64,000 nt of DNA from Picochlorum sp. SENEW3 (taxonomy: Eukaryota), in NCBI GenBank assembly GCA_034226945.1, contig CP120457.1, positions 372,001-436,000 of the forward strand, given 5' to 3'. Within the stretch, counting starts at the first letter, position 1; each line of letters starts with the position of its first letter. A program made the translations under genes and the position numbers. Of the stretch, positions 1 to 12,000 are shown piece by piece. The notes under the pieces are model-generated. The model searched no databases. It worked only from the letters and a program-made list of their open reading frames with translations, and was not told the origin of the DNA.

Positions 1-3000
1 GATGAAATACGTGGTGTTTTTTGTTGGACAATCACGAACAAAGTCAATGGCAGACGGAGCCTCAAGATTTATTGAACGCATTAGGCCCCACAGCAGTGGA
101 ACTGAGATCATTCTGTTTTGGCATATCTCAAATCCAGAACTGAGTGCGTTGCCTGTAGTCAAAGCTAAACTACATGATCCTATTTGCTGCAACACAGATA
201 TTGATGTTGAGCACAAATTTGCTGGGAGTCCGTCTTTCAATGTAACTTTCACATCATTGACTTGGTCAGTATGGGCTCCTGGCGATGGTTGGTCAACCAG
301 CCAATCTATTTGATACTTGAATGATACACTCTGAATGGCTGCCTTTGGAGAGCTTTTTGAAGGCGCAACAAGAGGCTTTGCCAACAGATCCTGAATTGAC
401 TGACAATTACCCTCTCCTGGGAAGATGTAATAGTCCAGATATGAATGCAGGCGTGACCTGGACTTCTCTAAGCAAGTTCCTGTTACCTGATTTGGGACAC
501 TTGATCTGCCGGTGAAGCAGCCAACTCCTGTAGGGACCTGCATTCCCATGCCCCGATCACTGCTTGGTATAGCACCCAATTGCAGACAGCAGTCTATCTG
601 CGCTGGAGACATGTTCACATCAGATGCTTCGTGGAACTTTCCATTTGAGATGTTTCCAATGCAGCTATGGAGTTCGCTATTGGTATCATTACGCATCAAT
701 ATGCGTGTTGAGGAGTCTTCCCGTTGGTGCATCTCATCAAGACATGGAGAAGTTACCAGGGGTCCAAGGACACCTTGTAAGCAAAGAGTGCCATTCTGAC
801 CCAGAGAAATCGCTCCATCAGTCCGTTTTAGATAAATGGACAACAAATCCGATCCAGGCTGCTGGGCATCCAGCTGGAATGGCGAAGGTATGATGGCACT
901 TTGGAGGAGAATGGCTGATGCTCTATCTCTACTTCCCATGTTTCCAACAGCAGCAGCAAGCTCCATGAATGCTGCACCTGGAACCAGAATTCTATTGATC
1001 ACCTTATGGTCCATGAGGTACGCTCCTCTTTTCCCCCGAAGCAAATGCGCTTCGAATCGCAAGGAATCGCTTTCAGAGGAGGCAGAAGAAAGTGACGAAT
1101 GCACAGGTCCTGCTATCCAGCAAATGGAGTGATGCCAAGGAACGTCCGGGTTGACAGGAGAGTCAATCGCACTCCCCTGCTTCACTAGACTGTGAGCGTT
1201 TGTTCCTTGGAATGCAAAAGCACTAATTCCAGCGACACTTGATGTACCTTCCTCAACACTTGGTGACTTCTGTCTTGCTGCTGACCAACACGATCCCGCA
1301 TTTGAAAGGTATTTGTTTAGGTTTCTCAGATGCAATACTTCGATCAGAAGTGATTCTGATACCATGTGAGAGGCATGTTGGAGTCCAACTACACCAGCTC
1401 CTGCTTCTGAATGACCAGCCCATGACTTCGATGCAGTCAGGTTGACTGGCATGGATCTTGCCTGCCCAATTACCCCAGATATAGCCCCAACTTCGATGGG
1501 GTCTCCCAAAGGAGTGCCAGTTCCATGCATTTGCATTATTCCAATATCATCAGGTGACAGAGCATCTTGCTTCAACGCAGCTCGGATAACACTCTGCTGA
1601 GCTGGGCCATTTGGAGCAGTCAAAGATGACGATCTACCATCTTGATTCACCGCAGTACCACAAATCGCCATCGAATATTGTTGTACATCCATTGAGGTAA
1701 TAAACATCATGCCGCAAGAATCTGCTCTGACATAACCATTGGCAGCAGAAGATAAGGTCTTGCATCTGCCATCAGGTGCGAGCATACCTGCCTTCTGGAA
1801 CATGGCAGTGGTACTTGGTGTGAGTAACATGTTCACACCACCACTCAATGCGTTTGTACACTGCCCAAGATTGATACTGTTCGCAGATGTATGCAGAGCG
1901 ACAAGTGAAGAAGAGCAAGCAGTTTCTACTGGCACTGCAGGACCTTGGAATCCAAATGTGAAGGACACTCTCCCAGCTGCAACACTTATTGATAGTGTTC
2001 CAGTTGCAGAAAGAGGAGAGTAACCATTGATGTGATCATGGACAACTTTTCGATACTCTGTCGATGCAATTCCGACAAACACTCCTGAAGACACCATGTC
2101 AGAAAGCGAGTCCATGTTAGCAAGAGATTCAAATGCACATTCCAGAAGGTTACGGTGTTGAGGATCAATAATCGAGGCTTCATTCTTCGAAAGGCTGAAC
2201 AGCTCAGTGTCGAATGCATCTATATTATCCAAAAACATAGAAAACCTGATTGGTGCAGTGCCCAGAACCAGTTCCTCATGAGAAAGATCCCATCTGCATA
2301 GGGGGACTATTCCAGCCGCATCCTCTGCTAGGTACAGTCCACGTGGATTCAGACCTGGTACTTTGGATGACATCGAAACGACTTTTAGATTCATTCCTCT
2401 CGAAAGATTACTACCACGAACCAAAGTATCTGAAAAGACTGGCTCTTCTTCTGAGGCTGCCTGAGTTGGCGCCACGTGCTTGGCAACATATGCAGACATT
2501 GCCTGGACTGTTGGATAATCAAAGACAAACGTGGAAGGAAGCTCAACATTCAGCATTCGCTGTAGGCTATTCTGTAACTCAACGGCCCCAAGAGAGTCCA
2601 ATCCTGCGGCCATCAATGGATCGCTAGGGTTGATATCAGCCCCTAGAATCTCCATAACACACTTCCCAATTTCCCCAACGAAGTAGTCCTCTGATAGAGC
2701 ATTTGGAGCGGCAGATTGCCGAGAAGATGAAGCAATGAATTTTGAGATGGATGAAATATTGGGGTAATCAAAGATCAAAGTTGATGGAAGCTGGACCGCA
2801 AGTTTCGCCTCTAATGCATTCTTGAACTCAACTGATGCCAAAGAGTCCAATCCTGAGGCCATCAGGGGATCGTCATCACCAACCTCTGCGCTGAGAACAT
2901 CTTGCAAAATCTCGCGTACAATTTGTTTCATGCTTTCCTGGCTTGATGCGATTTTAACTTGTTTAGTTGAATCCATTTTAATCCTGGACGACGCACTTGA

Positions 3001-6000
3001 TTTAATGGTGATGGGTCCTAGGAGTGCATTAAACACAGGAGGAACACTTCGCCCTTCTGTAGCCTGAATTTTCATTTTGTTCAAATCGAAAGGAACCAAT
3101 GCTTTGATAGGATCCTGTAAAGATGAAACAGCTTTTCTCAAGGCAACTATCCCAGCTCTTGGAGAGATCATCTTCATGTTCTGCCTCTCAACTGCTCGTT
3201 TAATAGCAGCATCACCTGCTGCCATTCCACTGCCAGACCAAGCCCCCCATTGTACGCTCACACAACTATGCCCCATCGCGGAAATCTCGCAAGACTTCGA
3301 GTCTAGCCAAGAGTTTGCAACAGAGTAATTAGCCTGACCTGGCGAGCCCAGCAGAGAGGCTACCGAAGAGAATAGCACACTTACTCCTTCTGGGTGTAAG
3401 CCAAGGTGTGACGCGAGGTGTTCCATGGCCACGACCTTGGGTGCAAACACCTTTCGGATGCCAGAAATACTCTGGTTCGCGAGTGTCGCGTCCACCAAAA
3501 CTCCACTCGCATGGAAAAGGCCGGACAGAGCACGCTCTGAACACAGGCTCGCTCCATCCTCCTGCATCGATGCATCTGCAGTCACAAGCGTCACTGGATG
3601 ATTGTTGCCTCCAGCAATGAGATCAGAAAGATCATTCCAAGATCTGAGGCGCCCGGTTCGCCCGGTTGCAACGACGCTTACTTGGCCTGATTTCAAGAGC
3701 CAGCAAGCAGTCAACGACCCCAGGGTGCCCAGGCCGCCAGTCACAAGCATGGCACAGCTCTTTTCAGGGCAGGGGGGTACCTGTGACTCGGGTCTATTCG
3801 TCACAATTTTGCCCACGTGGCGAGCCTGAGACATTTGACGCAGGGCAGCCTGCACGTCGTGCAGACGATGGGTGACTTGAGGCAGAGGATTCACAACGCC
3901 ATCCGACAGCAGTCCTCCGAGGCGTACGAGGGCTGCCTGCACAGCCATATCTGGGAGGAAATCTACCGCCACCAGGGTGTACCCAACGTCAGGACGCTCC
4001 TGGCACACACGGGAGCCACTCCAAATGTCACGCTTGCTGATCTCAATGAAGCGGCCTCCTGGACGAAGCACAGAAAGAGATCCAGAAACCATCCCGCTGG
4101 ACGTCAAGCTGTTCAGAACAATGTCAGCGCCCCCGAGCTCCGCCACCTCAGACACAAACTGGGTGTCGCGAGAGCCAAACGCGTGGCAAACCCCCATGCC
4201 GCGCACCAACGAGCGCTTGTTAGGACCACCAGCAGTCGCCACAACAACACCTCCAAGAGCAGCCACTTGCTGGATGGCAGCGAGGCCAACTCCTCCCGCA
4301 GCGCCGTGCACCAGAGCCCGTTCACCAGGCTGGCAGCCCGCAGCCTGGCGGAAGGCCGCGTCTACAGTGATGAACACAGTTGGGCAAGTCGCAGCTGCCT
4401 CAAATGAAAGGTTGGGAGGCATCGGGGCCATGCGCGGGGCGGACACGTGGACGTGCGAACCAAGGCTTCCACCAGCCAGCCCAAACACGGCATCTCCTGG
4501 CTGAAGCGAGTCAACGCCTTGGCCACAGGAAACCACCACACCCGAGCAATCACCTCCAGGGGGGCCAGGGTCTCCAGGATACATCCCCAGAACGTTCAAA
4601 ACATCACGGAAGTTGATGCCCACGGCGCGCACTTCAACCACCACAGTCCCCTTGGTAGCTGCAGTACTGACAGGCAGGGCTTTCAGGTTATTCAAAGCAC
4701 CACGGGGAACAGGCATCAGATGATGAGCATCTAGACTTTCCATTTCCTTCTCTGTTGAAATGACGTTCAACTGCGGCTTGAAAGCCACGCCAGCCTTTTT
4801 AATATGACCAAATGCTGACTCTCCCTTGGTTTTGGCACCGAAAACTATAGATGAGCGATCCACTGGGAGCATCTCTGTCGAAAACTTACGGGACTTGTCT
4901 TCCATGCTCATTGATTTGACAAGTCCATACAGCATACTGCTGGGTCCACTGGATCCTCCAATTTCCGCTCCATTTAGTGCATCTTGAGAAGTTGTGACAG
5001 AGCAGTCGCTACTGCTGGACTGCATGATCTCCACAGCCAAACTACACACTCGAGAAGGAGTTTGGCCTTTGAAACCAAACTTCGGAATTCCAGTGGCAGC
5101 AGCAGCACTATTTGAGCAAGCGCTTGCCTCCCATACTAAACCATACTCTGGGAATATCTCGGTTTGCTTCGTTGCATTGATCGTTTCTTTTCCTGCGAAA
5201 GCTTTGGCTACCATTTCGTATACATGACTGGAAACGTGCCCCCTTGCAATCATGCAGTAATTGTGTGTCTGATGCTTAGATGATTCGTCGAGCAAAAGGC
5301 TTGAGCCATGAATTTCCGAAGCAATTCCACAGTTCTTACTTCTGAAAGCTGATACAGATGATGGGACTTTGAGCTCAAATTTCGCTGATGTGTCTGGTTG
5401 GACAGCCCCAAGATGAAAAGATGAATCAATAATAGATGGATCGATACCTGAATACTTAAAGTCAGACTTGAGACGATCGCAAATATCTCCAATGACAGCT
5501 CCATTGCGGAAGAAAGAGCTACCGAAAAATACTGAGAAATGATCAGGACTCTTATTGTACTCAGATATGTCAGATAGATCCGCTATCCTATCAATGCTTC
5601 CATGCATGTGCATATTATCCTTTTGGGCCGAGTTTATGTGAATCTTCCCACTAAAGGTATCCAAGGAAAGTGTGAGAGAACCCCTATTGTCTTCATTAAG
5701 CGCACAAGGCCGCATGATTGCAATCTTGGTAATTACATACTCTCCACTTCCCACTGCAGCCATGGCTCCTGAAGAGAACTCAAGGAATCCCGCTCCGGGA
5801 AATAGAATCTGATCCAAAACTTTATGATCGAAGAAGAATGAATTTCTGGCATAATCCAAGTCCATATGAAATGCGACCTGGTTAGAAGATGCTGGTACAG
5901 TAGACATGACCAATGGATGGATTGGATTGCTGTACCAGATGCGGGAGCCAAAATGAGGACGTTCTCGGAAATAAGCAGAAGATCCTAGGCCTTCCACGCG

Positions 6001-9000
6001 AGAAAGCACTGCATGGGCATTTGTACCCTGAAATGCGAACGCACTAACTCCCCATTGCTGCTCACCCAGCAATCCAGTCCCTTCTTCCCTGGGAACAGCA
6101 ATCCCCCCTTGAAATACATTGTCCAAGTAGCGATTGAGTGACGTCAAATGCAGTATTGGCTCTTTAAAGCCGTTTTCAATAGCTTGGTAAAGGAAAGAAA
6201 GTCCTACTAGACCTGATGCTGGCTCTGAATGTCCAACAGATGTTTTGCTGGCAAAAAAGGTGAAAGAAGATCTGCCTTTCTTCCCAATATTGAAGCAAGC
6301 ACTTGCTGCACCAATCTCAATTGGATCTCCCAATCCAGTCCCTGTGCCGTGCGTCTGCAAACCATCGACTTGACTATAGGACAAATCGGACATAGAAAGG
6401 GCGTCTTTAACAACTGCTTGTTGACTTGGCCCATTCGGAGCTGTCAGTGAACTAGACCTGCCGTCTTGATTGACAGCCGCCCCTCGGAGGAGCACAGCCG
6501 ATTTTGGATCATCCGAGTTATTGCATGACAACAAGAGAGATACACATGCTTCAGAACGAACATATCCGTCTGCCTTGTCATCAAATGCTTTGCATCTGCC
6601 ATCAGCAGAAAGCATGCCAGCTTTTTTAAACATCTGAGTTGTCTCCGGCCTCAGCATCATGTTGATCCCTGACACAAGGGACCCTGACAAACTCTTGTTC
6701 ACATATTCATGAGCAGCAGATGTGGCTACCAAACTCGAAGAGCAAGCAGTATCCATAGCTACAGAAGGACCTTTCAAACCGAAATGGTATGAAACTCGTC
6801 CTGGACAGACACTCAGTACTGCACCCTGCGCTGTGTAGGCTGATGTTGATAGAAAAGTGCGGCACAATAAAGAGTATTCAGTCCAAGAAATACCCACAAA
6901 GACACCGGTTGAGGAGGCACTAATGTCTTCTGCGCAAGTATATAAGATCTGACCAGACATTTCAAGTATTATCCTGTGCTGGGGATCCATTGCAACCGCC
7001 TCTGGATGACTTATTGAATATCCAGCCGCATCAAATTGCTCAATTCCGTGCATAAATGCTCCGAATTGGGCGGAAAGGTTAGTGCTATCCCCTAATGACC
7101 CATCAGCATATTCAATGTCCCATCTCCCCAAAGGAATAGGTTTGATGAAATCAACCAGTCCTCCAGTTTGTTTGATTGGCGTATTCTGCGGCCTCGCACT
7201 GGCTTTTTGATATGCTTGAACATTTACGGACCTGACAAAAATTGCTGGACGTGCGCTCTGCGTCGATAGTGCTGATACCTGGATGGGTGCACTTTGTTCC
7301 TCCACAAGGCCTTCTTCAGATGAATCATCTTCAGTGTTGGGCACTTGCTCCATCAAAAATTCCGCAATAGACCTGACAGATGGGTAGTCAAACACAAGAG
7401 TTGCTGGCATCTGCATGCTGAATTTTTGCGCCAACACATTCGCAAATTCAACAGAGCCAAGGGAATCCAGTCCGGCTGACATGAGGGGCTCATCGGTGTC
7501 CACATCCGACCCAACAACTTGTACTACTGCATCATGGACAGATGCAAGAACAACCTCAATAGACATTTTCTCCTTTTTCTTGGCTGATGACAGCCTTGCT
7601 CCGGAGGACTTTGAGCCTTTTACCTCTTGAGCGCCTACAAAATCGCAAACAAACAAATTCAGAATAGTGGTTGCAGCAAAATACCAGTCAACAATGACTC
7701 ACCCTTGTCATAAAACTCGGAGAAAATACCGGGATGCTCAAAATTCTTCAGATAGGTTTTCCAATCAAATCCATTGACTGTAAGCACTGGTCTTGGATGA
7801 TCCATTGACAATGACAGGATGGACCTCATTGCCGACAGCCCTTGCTCAGCAGTTATCAAGCCCTGGCCAATCCTGTTAAGGCGCTTCAGAACAGATTCAG
7901 ATGCCATTCCTGATGAAGCCCAGGCTCCCCATTGAATCGCTTTCACATTGAATCCCATATTTTGAGCAGCCAGCGCTGAACTATCGAGACAGGAATTCGC
8001 AGCTGCATAATTACCTTGTCCAGCGCCCCCCAGAAGGCTGGCAACAGAGGAGAAAAGTGTAAGATTCTCTATCGGCAATGCAGCAAAGTTTCCCTGAAGA
8101 ATGGCAGTCTTGGGTGCAAAGACCTGCTTAAATGATGTAAGATTCTGCTTTTCCAGCAATGAATCTCTTAATATACCGCTGGCATGCACAAAATTCACAG
8201 CGGGGGTGTTCTGAAGCAGGGCTTCAATATCCTCTGCACTGCTTGTGTCAACTAGGGCAACCATGATTTTCGCCCCAGAATCCATCAGCTGTTTCCATAT
8301 AGAAGATACCTGAACTTTACCAGATCTACCAAGGAGATTAATTGCACAATTGCTGTATCTTCTGCTGATCCAATCGGTCAACATGACTCCAAGACCACCA
8401 ACACCACCAGATATAGTGAGAGTTGGATTTTGACCAAATCCATCCCCCAAAGTATCCACTGTTGTCACAACTTTGCCAACATGAGTAGCTTGGGAAAGTT
8501 GACGCATTGCATTCGCAACGGATCCCATTGGATGGCTTATCTGCCGGAGTGGCTTGATCTGGCCAGTAGCCAATTCATTTGCAATCTTTTGTAGTGTGGA
8601 ATTAAGGACTGATGGTGGCAGGAAATCTACAGCGAGCAGTGCATAGTTTATATCTCCTCTTTCCTGCTGGAATCTCGAGGTACTCCAGATATCCCTTTTA
8701 CTGATTTCGACGAACCTTCCTCCACGGTTCAGGGATGCGACAGATGCTCCTATCATTCCACTGGAAGTAAGACTATTCAGAACAACGTCAGCACCACCTA
8801 GCATGCAAATATCCTCTGCAAAGTTTGTATCTCGTGATCCAAGAACGTGTTTGACTCCCAGATTATGGAGAAGACTTCGCTTTCCTGGTCCACCGGCAGT
8901 ACTGATAACTTCAGCTCCCATTGAATTTGCAATCTGTACACCAGCAAGGCCAACACCACCAGCAGATGCGTGAATCAAAACTTTTTCACCTCTCTGCAGA

Positions 9001-12000
9001 TTTGCGCTAGCATCAAACGCGATGTGAACTGTTGTGAAAACAGTTGGTATAGTGGCTGCCTCGACAAAAGAAAGATTCGAGGGCATTTGGACAACCATTG
9101 CAGCTGGCCCTGAGACAGCTGTTCCCAGACAACCATGCGCCAAACCAAACACCGCATCCCCTCTCTTGAGATGAGCAACATTATCTCCAGTTTCCAAAAC
9201 AACACCAGCACAGTCGCTTCCAGGAGGTCCTGGGTCCCCTGGATACATACCTAGCACGTTCAAGACATCTCTGAAATTGATTCCAACAGCTTTCACTGAA
9301 ATGGATACGTCGTTTGGACGGATCTTTGTTTGTTCAAAAGCTTGGCAGGCGAGGTTATTGAGAGATCCTCGTGGATTTGAGCGAAGCTGCACCAAATCTT
9401 GTGATGGCATGAGGGCTCTGCTTCTCAAAAGCATTGGTTGGCTTCGTGAGTTTTGCCAGAGCTTAAGGGACGCCTGCTTCCCACTCTGCAGCATGGGCAT
9501 GTGAGCATCATTTTCATGTGTACTCGTCAGACTTTGTTTCGATCCTCTCCTTTCTGAGGCAAACACTCGCAAGAGTCCCTCAATAGCTGCTTCAGGATTC
9601 TTATATCCCTGGCCAGGAGAAACAGATGATACATTAACACTGTCCATCATGCATGCATGCATGCTTTTCACCCCGTTTTGATCAATACCCTGAATCACTG
9701 AAAGCATGGAAGCACAACCCAAATACGGGATTTCCTCACCAGCACAGATAGAGAATTTGGATTGGCTACCATCTTCATCCCCCAAGACAACCACAGGGTT
9801 GCTGGGCACTGAGGACTGAAATTTCTGCTGTGCTGGTTCACAGATTTGGTGATATTCGAGTTCATAAAGGTAGTCCGCTAAAGGCTCAGGCTTGACCTTT
9901 GTACCTGCTTTACCCATGAGCTTTGTTTCAATGTTCTGGATATAGGTAGAGGGCCCAAGTTGCTCATTTCCTGAGATTGAAAATGAAGATGTGTCAAAGT
10001 CTGATGTTGGAACTATGTATTTTGAGGTCGTGGATGCAAAACAATACGTAGAATTGTTTATTTTAGCTCCTAATCCAAAACGCTCAACCTTGACAGGGAC
10101 TTTAGCTGGACAATTGGGGACTGATACTCCCAAATGCAGGCAGGCATCAGCTACAGAGGGTGGAACTCTATATGAATCAACTTCAACGCCACTGGGCATA
10201 CGTAAGCACCCGACTGGACCTGATTCCGCAATTGCGTTCATACTGAATGCATTAAAACTCCTCAATAACGCCGACTTGGGAGAATGTACGGAGCTCGTCG
10301 CCATCTCTTTGATGTAATTGCCAGCTGCATGTGAAGTTAAGGCAGATCCTGATCTGCTCTCAAGGGTGCAGTTCCCATTCAATACATCCACTTGCATAAT
10401 GAGGTCCGGAATCTTTTGTGATTCGATCAACGTGATGACTAACGGTGCACTGATCGTCACATCTTGGACATGCAGGTTTCCTTCCCCATCGACCATGCTG
10501 AAGCCAGTAGCAAGCAAAATCTCCAGCATTGCAGTTGCAGGCAACAGAACTCGTCCTAAAACAACGTGATCATTTAAGTGATTTAATCTTTGCGCTGCTA
10601 GTGTGCCTTCAAGTCTAGCAGATCCAGATTTTCTCGTGAGCCCTGCAAAATTATGCAAGAAGGGACTTGGAGAGGGGAGAACCCAGTACCTGGAGAATTC
10701 AAGATCCACGATATCTTCCAAGCATTTGAGCCCAGTGCAAACTTGGTTTTGTATCATCGCGTGGGCATTGGTGCCTTGAAACGCAAAAGCACTGACTCCC
10801 CCGAAAGCAGAGGCGCGATTTGAACCGGTTGGCATGACCTGGCGAGGGCCAAATGCAGGTGTTTGCCCTCGTGACTCAAGCGTTGCGCTGACATGAGGGT
10901 TCATATTTCTCAACGACACGAATGGATCGATAGATACATCGCACATCATCAAAGTAAGTTTACTGAGTCCGACGATACCTGCAGCCGGTTCTGCATGCCC
11001 CATGAATGATTTAGCAGAAGTCAATTCCAATGGCGAAACCCGATCAGATGCCTTATTCAGCAGCACAGCCGTGGCAGCACCCAGTTCAATAGGATCGCCA
11101 AGAGGCGTTCCAGTGCCATGCATTTGCAAATGCTTGATGTCCCCAGCCGCCAATCCACCAGAAAGGAGGGAACTCCTGATGACATCTTGCTGGCTTGGGC
11201 CATTAGGTGCAGTAAGGGCACTTGACCGACCATCCTGGTTGACTGCTGTACCCACCAAAAATGCTTTCACCGTCTGCGCATTATCTTTTCCATGATTAGA
11301 TTCAAGTATCATGGACATGGCGGCCTCTGCCCGCACATAGCCATCTGCAAACAAAGCATTGAAGCATGTTGGTGACACGACCTAATTTGCATAGACAATT
11401 GCAATTCCCTTCGCACCTGCTGAAGCATCCAAAGTTTTGCATCGACCGTCGTCTGCGAGCATTCCAGCCCTAAGACAAGCCCTCGTCCAGGAGTGTACTA
11501 ATGCTAAGTTCGTTCCCATAGTGGCAGAAACTGTGCACAGTCCTTCCTGCATAGAGTTTGCTGCCAAATGTGTGCTGACAAGAGAGGAAGAGCAAGCTGT
11601 GTCCACAGTCATAGCAGGCCCTTTAAGCCCAAACGAGTACGAAATCCTTCCAGAAGTCACACTGAGATGTGCCCCTGTTGCATAGTATGTGTTGAGGGCA
11701 CTTCCTGTCTCGTAGGCAATTCTGGCGTAATCCAATTGAGAAACACCAACAAAAATCCCAGTGTGACGTGTGAACTCCCTCTCAATCAAAAACTCGTTCC
11801 ACGAATGCAGAAAATATGTCAAAAGCAGTCTTTGCTGCGGGTCCATGAGGACTGCCTCAGCAGGGGAAATGTTGAATACCTTTGCATCCAAGAGATCTGC
11901 CCCTTCGATGAATGATCCGAATTGTAAATTCAATTCCTTGAAATTATCAGTCGGCGGTTGATCAATATCCCATCTCTCAAGAGGAACCTGTGTGATCCTG

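Noticed and set aside
3817..4734. Long plus-strand ORFs (196 aa, 175 aa and others) suggesting a gene inserted in the PKS
   Set aside because: They are antisense shadows of the GC-rich ER domain; the minus strand encodes clear ER/KR motifs in frame.
7635..11416. Apparent breaks splitting the PKS into separate genes or a pseudogene
   Set aside because: Both breaks are canonical GT-AG introns (68 and 72 nt) that restore the reading frame; the second restores the KS motif ASA-DGYVR.
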